Part shown: positions 12,223-20,964 of the stretch, piece after piece
Position numbering within the stretch: position 1 is the first letter of the stretch
Layout of the letters: each line of letters opens with the position of its first letter
Source of the DNA: Bdellovibrionales bacterium
GTDB taxonomy: Bacteria; Bdellovibrionota; Bdellovibrionia; Bdellovibrionales; UBA1609
DNA: 64,000 bases
Direction of reading: 5' to 3'
Assembly: GCA_965199825.1 (NCBI GenBank)
Contig: OZ241329.1
Span: 2,272,001 to 2,336,000 of the forward strand
Notes under the pieces: model-generated
What the model was told of the DNA's origin: nothing
What the model saw: the letters and a program-made list of their open reading frames with translations, nothing else
Databases searched by the model: none
Program-made: the position numbers and the translations under genes

Positions 12223-12241
12223 ATTGAGAACCATTCTTATT
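12223..12241. promoter_or_regulatory. Fur-box-like operator upstream of fur-uvrA
   Basis: TGAGAAC-C-ATTCTTA (12225-12239) fits the 7-1-7 Fur repeat TGATAAT-N-ATTATCA at 10/14 positions. It lies just downstream of a -10-like TACAAT (12207-12212). Confidence 0.55.
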
Positions 12242-12282
12242 TCTTTGACTGCAATTCAAAGCTCCTCGATAACTGTGTCCCT

Positions 12283-12795
12283 ATGGAAACACTCAAAATA
12301 CCCCATTTGGTTCGTGGTTTGAAAAGCCCTCAAGAAGAGCAATTATTAAAGCGCGAAAAATTAAAGCCAGAAACTTCGAAGCGTATTATTCGTGACATGG
12401 GCCTTAAGGTCACAGGGCAGCGAATTGCGATTCTTGAATCGCTCACCTCGGGGCGTGCTCATGTGACTGCTCAAGAAGTTTTTGAGCAGGTTCACACCGG
12501 TCATCCAGAAATTGGTTTTGCAACTGTCTATCGATTTTTACGTAAACTCACCGAATCGGGTTACGTGACCGAAGTGCGCATGGGGGGATTGCCCGCTCGT
12601 TATGAGCTCACTCCCAAACGCCATCATGATCATTTGACCTGTGTCAGTTGCGGAAAAATTGTCGAATTTGAAAATACTCAGATCGAACATCTTCAAGAAA
12701 CAGTGGCAAAGAGTCATAACTTTAAATTAACCAGTCACGTGCTCGAACTGTATGGTGTGTGTTCCATTTGCCAATCGAGACAGCGCAGTGTCTGA
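12283..12795 (+). CDS. fur: Fur-family transcriptional regulator
   Basis: GLKVTGQR, IGFATVYR, HHDHLTCVSCG and C-terminal CSIC. Start moved to ATG 12283. Confidence 0.9.
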   Translation: METLKIPHLVRGLKSPQEEQLLKREKLKPETSKRIIRDMGLKVTGQRIAILESLTSGRAHVTAQEVFEQVHTGHPEIGFATVYRFLRKLTESGYVTEVRMGGLPARYELTPKRHHDHLTCVSCGKIVEFENTQIEHLQETVAKSHNFKLTSHVLELYGVCSICQSRQRSV

Positions 12796-15352
12796 TTTTT
12801 TTGGGATCGAAGTTCGCGGTGCGCGCGAACACAATTTAAAATCGATCGATATCAAAATTCCTCATCACAAAATGACCGTGATCACCGGCTTGAGCGGCAG
12901 CGGAAAATCTTCGCTCGCCTTTGATACCATTTATGCCGAAGGTCAGCGCCGATATGTTGAGAGTTTGTCGGCCTATGCTCGCAATTATTTAGAACAGATG
13001 AAAAAGCCAGAGGTTGATTTTATCTCTGGCTTAAGCCCTGCCATTGCGATCGATCAAAAGTCGATCAGCACCAATCCTCGCTCGACGGTCGGAACAGTCA
13101 CCGAGATCTATGATTTTTTGCGATTGTTATTTGCTCGAGTCGGCACACCCTTTTGTCCCACACATCATATTCCGGTGGCGGGTCAAAGTGTTGAGCAGAT
13201 TATGTCTGATATTTTAAAAAAACCTCCAGGTACCAAGTTTCAAATTCTTGCTCCTGTGGCTCAAGCCCAAAAGGGTGAGTTTTTAGCCGAGTTTCAAAAA
13301 TGGCTTAAAAAAGGTTTTGTAAAAGCCAAGGTGGACGGCGAGTGGATCGAAATCGCCAATGCCCAAAAATTAAAAAAACGCCAGAGCCACGATATCGATT
13401 TGTTGGTGGATCGTTTGGTGATCAAATCGGGAGTGGAAACCCGACTCAAGGAGAGTTTGGATCGAGCCCTTACCATGACAAATGGTGTGATTACGGTGGA
13501 GATCATTGGTGGCGATACAAAAACCTATTCCACCACCAAAGCTTGCCCTCATTGCGGATTTAGTTTTCCAGAAATTGAGCCGCGTCTTTTTAGTTTTAAT
13601 AATCCTCGCGGGGCTTGTGAATTGTGTGCGGGTCTTGGCACTTTGGATTTGACCGAAGATGTGGTGATCGATGACGAGACCGATGAGAGCTTTGATGAAT
13701 ATGCGATAAAGGTTTGTCCTGATTGCAAAGGCACAAGGCTCAAACTTGAAGCCCGCAATGTTTTAATCGGTAATAAAAATATCGCAGAGCTCTCACGGCT
13801 TGCGGTCGAAGATCTTGAACCCTCGCTCAAACAATTTGAATTTACCACTAAACAACTTCACATTAGTGAAAAAATATTAGGTCAAATTTATTCGCGCATT
13901 GAGTATTTAAAACGGGTGGGCACAAGCTATCTTTCGCTCGATCGCCCCACACGCACACTCTCAGGCGGTGAGGCGCAGCGCATTCGATTGGCCACCCAAG
14001 TGGGATCAAGTTTAGTCGGTGTACTTTATGTGTTGGATGAACCAAGTATTGGTCTTCACCCCAGAGATCAAGAGCGGCTTTTAGGAGTGCTCAAAGAAAT
14101 TCGCGATCGCGGCAACACCATTTTGATGGTGGAGCATGATGAAGACACAATGAAAAATGCCGATTATCTGATTGATCTTGGACCTGGTGCGGGTCGTCTT
14201 GGCGGCAGCATCCTTGCTCAAGGTACACCCGAAGAGCTCGAAAAAGATGTTCTCAGTGTGACCGGCCAATTTTTGAGCGGCAAACACCGGATTACCGAAA
14301 GGCGTGAACGAAGGTCCGGCAATGGACAATTTTTAAAACTGACTAAATGTAGCGGCAACAATCTGCAAAATGTGGATCTCAAACTTCCGCTCGGAACTCT
14401 CGTCGGCGTAACAGGGGTCTCGGGCAGCGGTAAAAGCACTCTTATTCTTGATACCCTTTATCGCAAATTGGCTCAGCATTTTTATAAATCCTCACCTGTG
14501 CCTCAGCCCTTTCAAAAGATTGAGGGCATGGAGCATCTTGATAAGGTGATTGATATCAATCAAAAGCCAATTGGTCGCACGCCGCGTTCGGTGCCCGCAA
14601 CTTATGTGGGGCTTTTTCCATTGATTCGTGATTTGTATTCCAACATTCCCGAAGCAAAAATTCGGGGATATAAACCAGGACACTTTAGTTTTAATGTCAA
14701 AGGCGGAAGGTGTGAGGCCTGTCAGGGCGGGGGATACATCCGAGTTGAAATGCATTTTTTGTCGGATGTTTTTGTTCGCTGTGAAACCTGTCAAGGGCGC
14801 CGCTACAACCGTGACATTTTAAGTGTGAAGTATCGCGAAAAATCGATTGCCGATGTGCTCGCGATGACAGTGGGCGAGGCCGAAGAGTTTTTTCGTAATC
14901 ACAAACTGATTCATCGCAAACTCGAAACACTCAAAAAAGTGGGGCTCGATTATATTCAGCTGGGACAGAGCTCGACCACACTTTCGGGTGGAGAAGCTCA
15001 GCGGGTGAAGCTCTCAAAAGAACTTGCCAAACGCGGCACCGGAAAAACTCTTTACATCTTGGATGAGCCCACCACCGGACTTCATTTTGAGGACATCAGA
15101 AAATTGGTCGAACTTCTTCAAGACCTGACCGATCAAGGCAACACAGTGCTCGTGATTGAGCATCATATGGATGTGATTAAAGCATGCGATTATGTTGTGG
15201 ATCTAGGACCTGATGGCGGCATTCACGGTGGACAGATCGTGGCCTTTGGAACTCCTGAGCACGTGGCTGGGATCAAGAATTCAGAGACGGGGCGGTATTT
15301 AAAGAAGGCACTTGAAGCTCCCCACTCACACGATTCTGCGGCAGCGACGTAG
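12788..15352 (+). CDS. uvrA: Excinuclease ABC subunit A, lacking the insertion domain
   Basis: GAREHNLK, two Walker A motifs (GLSGSGKS, GVSGSGKS), two LSGGEAQR signatures and Zn-finger motifs. The GTG start at 12788 overlaps the fur stop. Confidence 0.95.
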   Translation: MSDFFGIEVRGAREHNLKSIDIKIPHHKMTVITGLSGSGKSSLAFDTIYAEGQRRYVESLSAYARNYLEQMKKPEVDFISGLSPAIAIDQKSISTNPRSTVGTVTEIYDFLRLLFARVGTPFCPTHHIPVAGQSVEQIMSDILKKPPGTKFQILAPVAQAQKGEFLAEFQKWLKKGFVKAKVDGEWIEIANAQKLKKRQSHDIDLLVDRLVIKSGVETRLKESLDRALTMTNGVITVEIIGGDTKTYSTTKACPHCGFSFPEIEPRLFSFNNPRGACELCAGLGTLDLTEDVVIDDETDESFDEYAIKVCPDCKGTRLKLEARNVLIGNKNIAELSRLAVEDLEPSLKQFEFTTKQLHISEKILGQIYSRIEYLKRVGTSYLSLDRPTRTLSGGEAQRIRLATQVGSSLVGVLYVLDEPSIGLHPRDQERLLGVLKEIRDRGNTILMVEHDEDTMKNADYLIDLGPGAGRLGGSILAQGTPEELEKDVLSVTGQFLSGKHRITERRERRSGNGQFLKLTKCSGNNLQNVDLKLPLGTLVGVTGVSGSGKSTLILDTLYRKLAQHFYKSSPVPQPFQKIEGMEHLDKVIDINQKPIGRTPRSVPATYVGLFPLIRDLYSNIPEAKIRGYKPGHFSFNVKGGRCEACQGGGYIRVEMHFLSDVFVRCETCQGRRYNRDILSVKYREKSIADVLAMTVGEAEEFFRNHKLIHRKLETLKKVGLDYIQLGQSSTTLSGGEAQRVKLSKELAKRGTGKTLYILDEPTTGLHFEDIRKLVELLQDLTDQGNTVLVIEHHMDVIKACDYVVDLGPDGGIHGGQIVAFGTPEHVAGIKNSETGRYLKKALEAPHSHDSAAAT

Positions 15353-16337
15353 GATAATTTTTTTGTAAAAACAAAATCACTTTTTCTCTCACTGCACATC
15401 TTAAATCAAAAGCGTTGGGTGAGTTTGCAGCGCTCATCAAAATTCGAATCTGCATGGTTCTTTCGGTGGCATCCACCACTTGGACCACGTTGGTGAGCCC
15501 ATCCCATAACGGCTCGTGTTTTAAAATGCGGGTCACTTCTTTTCTGAGCGCATCCATCGGAACTGTATAATCCAAAAACACCATCACATTTCCCAATAAC
15601 TGAGCCGAAGTTCTGGTCCAATTTTGAAAAGGCTTTTCGACAAAATAAGTGATGGGCAAAACCAATCGGCGTAAATCCCAGATGCGCACAACCACATAGG
15701 TCATAGTGATCTCTTCGACAATGCCCCATTCATTTTCGACCACCACCACATCTCCCAAACGAATGGGTTGGGTAAAGGCGATTTGCAAACCTGCGATCAG
15801 ATTGCCCAAAGATTTTTGGGCCGAGATCCCGATGATGGCTGAGGTCAATGCGGCCGAGGCCAAAAGACTGCCGCCAAAACTTCTTAACGCCTCAAAGCTT
15901 GAAGCAAAAAATGCGAGCGCAATAAACACCACAAAAATATTTGCCACTTGCTCAAGAAATTGCATTTGGGTGTTCAGTCGTCTTGCCCGAATGTCATTTG
16001 CGATATTGGTTTTGAACCGTCGTGAATAAATCGAGGTGACAAGCCCAATCAGCCGCACTCCGATCATCGCGGCCCCGTAAGTCAGGGCAAGCTTTGCCAC
16101 AAAAGAGACCACATCGGCCATGGAGTCGGGAAGGCCCGCATGTTGAGCGATAAAAAAGATCGGAACCGAAAAAAGCAGGGCATGCACCGGAAATAAAAAT
16201 CGTGAAACCAAAGAATCCAAATGAAGAGAACTTTTTTGGACTTTGACCAGCAACCAGCGAATGCCGATCGAGAGCACAATCACGAGAGCGGTGTAAAAAA
16301 CTAAAAGGATATACCAATTTTGATCAAATAAAAGCAT
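15273..16337 (-). CDS. MscS-family mechanosensitive channel (second copy, different subfamily)
   Basis: LGNLIAGLQIAFTQPIRLGDVVVVENEWG, WDLRRLVLPITYF and PFQNWTR. Confidence 0.92.
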   Translation of the reverse strand: MLLFDQNWYILLVFYTALVIVLSIGIRWLLVKVQKSSLHLDSLVSRFLFPVHALLFSVPIFFIAQHAGLPDSMADVVSFVAKLALTYGAAMIGVRLIGLVTSIYSRRFKTNIANDIRARRLNTQMQFLEQVANIFVVFIALAFFASSFEALRSFGGSLLASAALTSAIIGISAQKSLGNLIAGLQIAFTQPIRLGDVVVVENEWGIVEEITMTYVVVRIWDLRRLVLPITYFVEKPFQNWTRTSAQLLGNVMVFLDYTVPMDALRKEVTRILKHEPLWDGLTNVVQVVDATERTMQIRILMSAANSPNAFDLRCAVREKVILFLQKNYPTSLPQNRVSGELQVPSLNTAPSLNS

Positions 16338-16379
16338 AGCCCTATGTGTAAGCAAAATCACAGCGCCTAGGAAGTAAAA

Positions 16380-16595
16380 TTATTCTTGAGGCGCATCTTC
16401 TACGGTTGGAGCGGAATTGATATCACGAGTGGCGTCGTTGCACTGATCTTGTTGCGCCTTACAAAAACTGTCACGCGTTTTATAAGCTCTGTTATCAGTG
16501 GGATCTATACCCGCCATACAGTTGGTGTAAAGAATTTGGCAGCCCATTCCATCCGCGTGTGCAAAACTCATAAATAGACTTAAAATCAGAATCAT
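16380..16595 (-). CDS. Small secreted Cys-containing hypothetical protein
   Basis: GAGG SD, signal peptide ending AHA and two C-x6-C motifs. Confidence 0.55.
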   Translation of the reverse strand: MILILSLFMSFAHADGMGCQILYTNCMAGIDPTDNRAYKTRDSFCKAQQDQCNDATRDINSAPTVEDAPQE

Positions 16596-16726
16596 ATCGT
16601 CCTCGATCCTTGATCTTATTTTAAGATAAATTGCCCAAATTCTAAAGGGCCAACTGATTCTATCTCAAAATGAGAAATGTTTAGATTTCAAAAACGAATT
16701 CCGATGAGGACTCCAGGAGATTACCG

Positions 16727-17383
16727 ATGTCATGGGATGATATTCCAACACAGGTCTTGAGTTGTTCAGAGGGTTTGCTAAAGGCCCTAAAAACCAAAGA
16801 CCCCTATACCTACTATCACTGCCTTCGGGTTGGTCGTTTGTCGCGGAAGCTTGCAAAAGCAATGGGGCTGAACGAATTTGAGCGTGGGATATTGGAAATC
16901 TCTGGTCTTCTTCATGATATCGGCAAGGTTTCGATTCCCGATCATATTTTGCAAAAGCCGGGTCGTTTGACCGATGAAGAGATGCTGACAATGCGAAGTC
17001 ATGCGGACTTGAGTGCCGATCTTTTAATTCCTTACGAATCCACACCCTTTTTTAAACTTGTGATTCCTGGAGTCAAATATCATCACGAACGGATTGATGG
17101 TGAAGGTTATCCGCACGCGATCAAAGGGGATGATTTGCCTCTGACTGCTCGAATTATTTCGATCACCGACACTTTTGATGCGATGGTGAACACTCGGCCT
17201 TACCGAACCGCGCAACCCATGGAGCGCGTCGAAAGTGAGCTGATCAAATTTTCGGGCACTCAGTTTGATGCCCAAATCGTCAAAATTTTTCTTGAGCTTT
17301 TGCCGTATCTAGATCTTCAGGCTGAAGAGCCCAAAGACAGCAAAGAAGAAGTTGCGGTTCAGTTTTTATTTAAAGCGGCCTGA
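16727..17383 (+). CDS. Stand-alone HD-GYP domain protein (putative cyclic dinucleotide phosphodiesterase)
   Basis: HCLRV, LLHDIGK, HHERIDGEGYP, DTFDAM and RPYR motifs, with an AGGAGA SD. Confidence 0.92.
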   Translation: MSWDDIPTQVLSCSEGLLKALKTKDPYTYYHCLRVGRLSRKLAKAMGLNEFERGILEISGLLHDIGKVSIPDHILQKPGRLTDEEMLTMRSHADLSADLLIPYESTPFFKLVIPGVKYHHERIDGEGYPHAIKGDDLPLTARIISITDTFDAMVNTRPYRTAQPMERVESELIKFSGTQFDAQIVKIFLELLPYLDLQAEEPKDSKEEVAVQFLFKAA

Positions 17384-18346
17384 TAAAAAATCTGCGGCTT
17401 CGGGCGCATGATAAGTCAAAATAATATCGGCTCCCGCTCGTGCAATGCTTGTTAGCACTTCTAGAATTGCCGATTTTTCATCCAAAATTCCTTGAGCAAT
17501 CGCAAATTTAAGCATGCTGTACTCGCCGCTCACGTTGTAGGCCGCCACAGGTACGGGTGAGATTTTTTTTATTTTTACAATCACATCAAGGTAACTGAGT
17601 GCGGGCTTAATCATCAAAATATCAGCCCCTTCTTTGATGTCCAACACCGCCTCACGCTCGGCTTCATGAGAATTACAATAATCCATTTGATAGGTTTTTT
17701 TATCACCAGATTTTGGTGCCGAATCTAGGGCTTGTCGAAAAGGACCATAAAAGCTCGAAGCATATTTCGCGCTATAAGCCAAAATGCCGCAATCCTCATA
17801 GCCGGCCTTATCCAAATGTGAACGAAGGTATCCGATGCGGCCATCCATCATGTCGGAAGGAGCCACAAAGTCTGAGCCCGCTTGGGCTTGTACCAAAGCC
17901 ATTTCGGCAAGGAGAGGCAGAGTCTTATCATTCACGATTTGACCCTCTTCCACCAATCCGTCGTGCCCATCACTTGAGTACGGATCAAGGGCCACATCGG
18001 TGAACAAACATACTTCTGGAAACCTTTTTTTAATCTCGAAAATCACCGATGGAAATAAACCATTTTTATTTTTTGATTCCGAACCGAAGCGGTCTTTTTT
18101 GTGCTCGCTCACCACCGGAAAAAGAGCAAAAGATTTAATTTTTTTATCTATGCAAGTTTCGATAACCTGAAATGCCTTTTCAATTCCGAGCCGCGATTGG
18201 CCGGGCATAGCGAGGATTGGCTGTTCGCTTTTTGGATCTTCATTTATAAATAAAGGATAAACCAATTGCTCCACACTCAACCGGGTCTCGCGCAACAGAC
18301 TGCGGATGGTTTCACTGCGACGGAGTCGTCGTGGTCGCTCAATCAT
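17366..18346 (-). CDS. hemB: Porphobilinogen synthase
   Basis: RPRRLR, DVALDPYSSDGHDG (Asp-rich, Zn-independent type), APSDMMDGR, YGPFR and AYNVSGEY. Confidence 0.96.
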   Translation of the reverse strand: MIERPRRLRRSETIRSLLRETRLSVEQLVYPLFINEDPKSEQPILAMPGQSRLGIEKAFQVIETCIDKKIKSFALFPVVSEHKKDRFGSESKNKNGLFPSVIFEIKKRFPEVCLFTDVALDPYSSDGHDGLVEEGQIVNDKTLPLLAEMALVQAQAGSDFVAPSDMMDGRIGYLRSHLDKAGYEDCGILAYSAKYASSFYGPFRQALDSAPKSGDKKTYQMDYCNSHEAEREAVLDIKEGADILMIKPALSYLDVIVKIKKISPVPVAAYNVSGEYSMLKFAIAQGILDEKSAILEVLTSIARAGADIILTYHAPEAADFLSGRFK

Positions 18347-18939
18347 TGTTTTCTCTTTTGAAAAGGCAAGCCCATTCCAAGTTCTAAAAAGATCGAAGTC
18401 AAAGTGATTAGAGGTAAACCAACGATGGCGCTAGGATCATCCGATTCGATCCGCTCAAAAAGGGCTGCTCCCGCACTTTCAAATTTATATCCGCCCGCGC
18501 ATTCAAAGGGCTCATCAATCTCAATGTATTCTTCGATCGCTTTTGTTGAGAGGGCACGCATATGGAGTGTGACTGTTTCTAGATGCTGAAATGTTTTTTG
18601 TGGAGTGACCACCACAAGGCTGGTGTAGAGTTTGTGGGTATGACCCGATAATTTTTCGAGTAAGTTTTTTGTTCCTGGGCGCGTGAGGCCTTTCCCTAAA
18701 ATTTCGCTTTTGATCGAGAGCAATTGATCACTGCCGATCACCATCGCCTCAGGGTGAAGCTTCGATATTTTTTGCGCCTTTTCGAATCCCAAATGAAGCG
18801 CAATTTTTTGAGGATCCGCAGGATGAGAGTCGATGTAACTTTGCTCATCAATTTCGGGTTTGATTTGGGTAAAAGGAATATGAAGTGCACTCAACTGTCG
18901 AGCGCGCGAGGGTGAGGAGCTTGCCAATATGATTTTCAT
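18343..18939 (-). CDS. maf: Maf-family nucleoside triphosphate pyrophosphatase
   Basis: IILASSSPSR, IGSDQ, ILGK, CAGGY and IVGLP. Start moved to MKIILAS. Confidence 0.9.
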   Translation of the reverse strand: MKIILASSSPSRARQLSALHIPFTQIKPEIDEQSYIDSHPADPQKIALHLGFEKAQKISKLHPEAMVIGSDQLLSIKSEILGKGLTRPGTKNLLEKLSGHTHKLYTSLVVVTPQKTFQHLETVTLHMRALSTKAIEEYIEIDEPFECAGGYKFESAGAALFERIESDDPSAIVGLPLITLTSIFLELGMGLPFQKRKQ

Positions 18940-18987
18940 AGTCCAAATTCTTAAAAGAATAAGCAAAGTGTGTCAAAGGGGGAGCAT

Positions 18988-20037
18988 GTGCAGTACGTCC
19001 ATCATCTTAATCCATTCGCCATCCAATTTTCAGAGACCTTTGGAATTCGTTGGTATGGCTTGGCTTATCTTGCTGGATTTATGGCGGGGTATTATTCGAT
19101 TCTTGCATTGATCCGTAAGGGGCGAGTGCTCATGCCTGAGGCTCAACTTTCGGATTACATCACCTACTGCGCGATTGGTGCACTCGCGGGTGGCCGCATT
19201 GGTTACTGCTTATTTTATTCGCCCGATCTTTTAACAGAGCTCAATAATGAATTTCCATTTTGGGGTGTCTTAAAAGTTCACAAAGGCGGCATGGCCTCAC
19301 ATGGCGGAATTTTGGGAATGATTGTCGCCTCTTATCTTTTTGGCAAAAAAAATAAGCTACCCTTTTTTCATTTGCTCGATCTCAATGTGCTCGGTGGGTG
19401 CTTAGGAATATTTTTTGGTCGCATCGCCAATTTTATTAATGGTGAGCTGTACGGGCGTGAAGCCCCGAGTGATTTATGGTGGGCGGTGAAGTTTCCGCAA
19501 GAGATGTTTTTGTGGGGCTCAGGCCAACTCGACAAAATTGCCAAATTGGCCGAAGCTGCCCGCCTGTCCGGTGTCTCAACAGTCGAGCAGTGGAGCGGTT
19601 GGGTCCAAAATTTTAATTCCGATTTTAAAGCACGATCTGCGATTGATTTTGGAATCGAAAAAATAATTGCGAGCACCCAAAATGGAAATCTGATGGTGGT
19701 TGAAAGTTTGAGGCCCCTTTTGACTCCGCGCTATCCTTCACAACTTGTTCAAGCTGTGCTTGAGGGCCTATTTGTATTTCTAATTTTGTTGGTGATTTGG
19801 CGTCGCCCCCAAAAACAGGGTGTAGTTGCGGCTTGGTTTGGCTTTTTCTATGCGGTGGCTCGCATTGTAGGCGAGCAATACCGAATGCCCGATGTGCAGC
19901 TGGGATATCGGGCACTCGGGCTGACGCGTGGCCAGTGGTTGAGTGTGGCCATGCTGGTGGTCGCGATTGCTTTTGTGGTGTGGGCCTACTGGCATGATAG
20001 CCGAAAATTGGGTGGGTTTTTGCCCGAGAAGTCTTAA
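18988..20037 (+). CDS. lgt: Prolipoprotein diacylglyceryl transferase
   Basis: IRWYGLAY, GGRIGY, GGMASHGG, GRIANFINGELYGR, PSQL and TRGQWLS. GTG start after a GGGGAG SD. Confidence 0.95.
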   Translation: MQYVHHLNPFAIQFSETFGIRWYGLAYLAGFMAGYYSILALIRKGRVLMPEAQLSDYITYCAIGALAGGRIGYCLFYSPDLLTELNNEFPFWGVLKVHKGGMASHGGILGMIVASYLFGKKNKLPFFHLLDLNVLGGCLGIFFGRIANFINGELYGREAPSDLWWAVKFPQEMFLWGSGQLDKIAKLAEAARLSGVSTVEQWSGWVQNFNSDFKARSAIDFGIEKIIASTQNGNLMVVESLRPLLTPRYPSQLVQAVLEGLFVFLILLVIWRRPQKQGVVAAWFGFFYAVARIVGEQYRMPDVQLGYRALGLTRGQWLSVAMLVVAIAFVVWAYWHDSRKLGGFLPEKS

Positions 20038-20145
20038 CGTCATCAGATGCCATAAAATTAAACATTCAAGAACGATATTCAAATTGGATTTCAATTTTTA
20101 AGGGCTTGAAGTGGTTCAAACCGATCGGCGCCTCAATTTGAGTTC

Positions 20146-20161
20146 CGGTCTAAGCTTTGCA
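20146..20161 (+). promoter_or_regulatory. Possible sigma54 (-24/-12) promoter
   Basis: CGGTCT-AAGCT-TTGCA has exact GG-N10-GC spacing and a consensus -12 element, ~23 nt before ATG 20184. The -24 element is imperfect. Confidence 0.35.
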
Positions 20162-20183
20162 ATTTCGGCTTCGAGGGCGCCCG

Positions 20184-20918
20184 ATGAAATTACTGATGCT
20201 TGCTTTGTTGATGTTCAGAGGACACGTCTATTCGCAGGTCTGTCGAAACCAAATCTACTTTTTGCCCGAATACTATGAGGTGCCCGACATTCCAAAATCT
20301 GCGATGACTTATGCGGAACACCTCCAGGTGGCAAAGTCCGAGCTGAAGGTCCTCAATTTTCTCGAACGCTACGCGGATCGGCCGGTGTTTTCCGAAAAAG
20401 TGTCGTATCGCGATTATCATGTTGATCAGTTGAGTGCTGAGAAATTTTCGCAACTTAAACATTCACTCGATTCCATTTTTCCTGATGGATTTCAATTTCA
20501 TTCCGGCAGTCTTAACAGACAGCAGGTCCAAGCATTGTCTGAATACGGGGCCGAATTTATCCAGCTGTTCAGTGGAAATCTCACAACGATTCATCGGGTC
20601 ATAGCCGACAAAGAAACAGATCTAAAAATTTTTGGTCCAATTTTGAAATGGTCTGAGGCACATAAAGACGAGAGTGAATACCCTTTAGAAATTGGAAATC
20701 TCATTTATGGAGAAAGAGAAAAAGAGGCACTCAGACAAATCGTTAGTTTTTTTAACACTCATCCTCATGAGTACGAAGCGGTGTTAATTTTCGAAACGAA
20801 TCACAATTTTTGGTTTTATCCCGAGATCTTTCCGCCGGAATGTATCACTGTGCCAGGTGAATTTAAGACAGATTGGTCGGGCCAATATCGTCGTGGGCCC
20901 GCTGGTTTTGTGAAATGA
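20184..20918 (+). CDS. Hypothetical, probably secreted protein
   Basis: Long ORF with a hydrophobic N-terminus (MKLLMLALLMF) after a GAGGG SD. No motif recognised. Confidence 0.6.
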   Translation: MKLLMLALLMFRGHVYSQVCRNQIYFLPEYYEVPDIPKSAMTYAEHLQVAKSELKVLNFLERYADRPVFSEKVSYRDYHVDQLSAEKFSQLKHSLDSIFPDGFQFHSGSLNRQQVQALSEYGAEFIQLFSGNLTTIHRVIADKETDLKIFGPILKWSEAHKDESEYPLEIGNLIYGEREKEALRQIVSFFNTHPHEYEAVLIFETNHNFWFYPEIFPPECITVPGEFKTDWSGQYRRGPAGFVK

Positions 20919-20927
20919 GTAATGAGA

Positions 20928-20947
20928 GGCCCTTTATCAAAAGGGCC
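20928..20947. terminator. Hairpin between convergent genes, possible terminator
   Basis: Perfect 8-bp stem GGCCCTTT-ATCA-AAAGGGCC. U-tracts are weak on both strands. Confidence 0.45.
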
Positions 20948-20964
20948 ATTGTTAAATAAAATTC

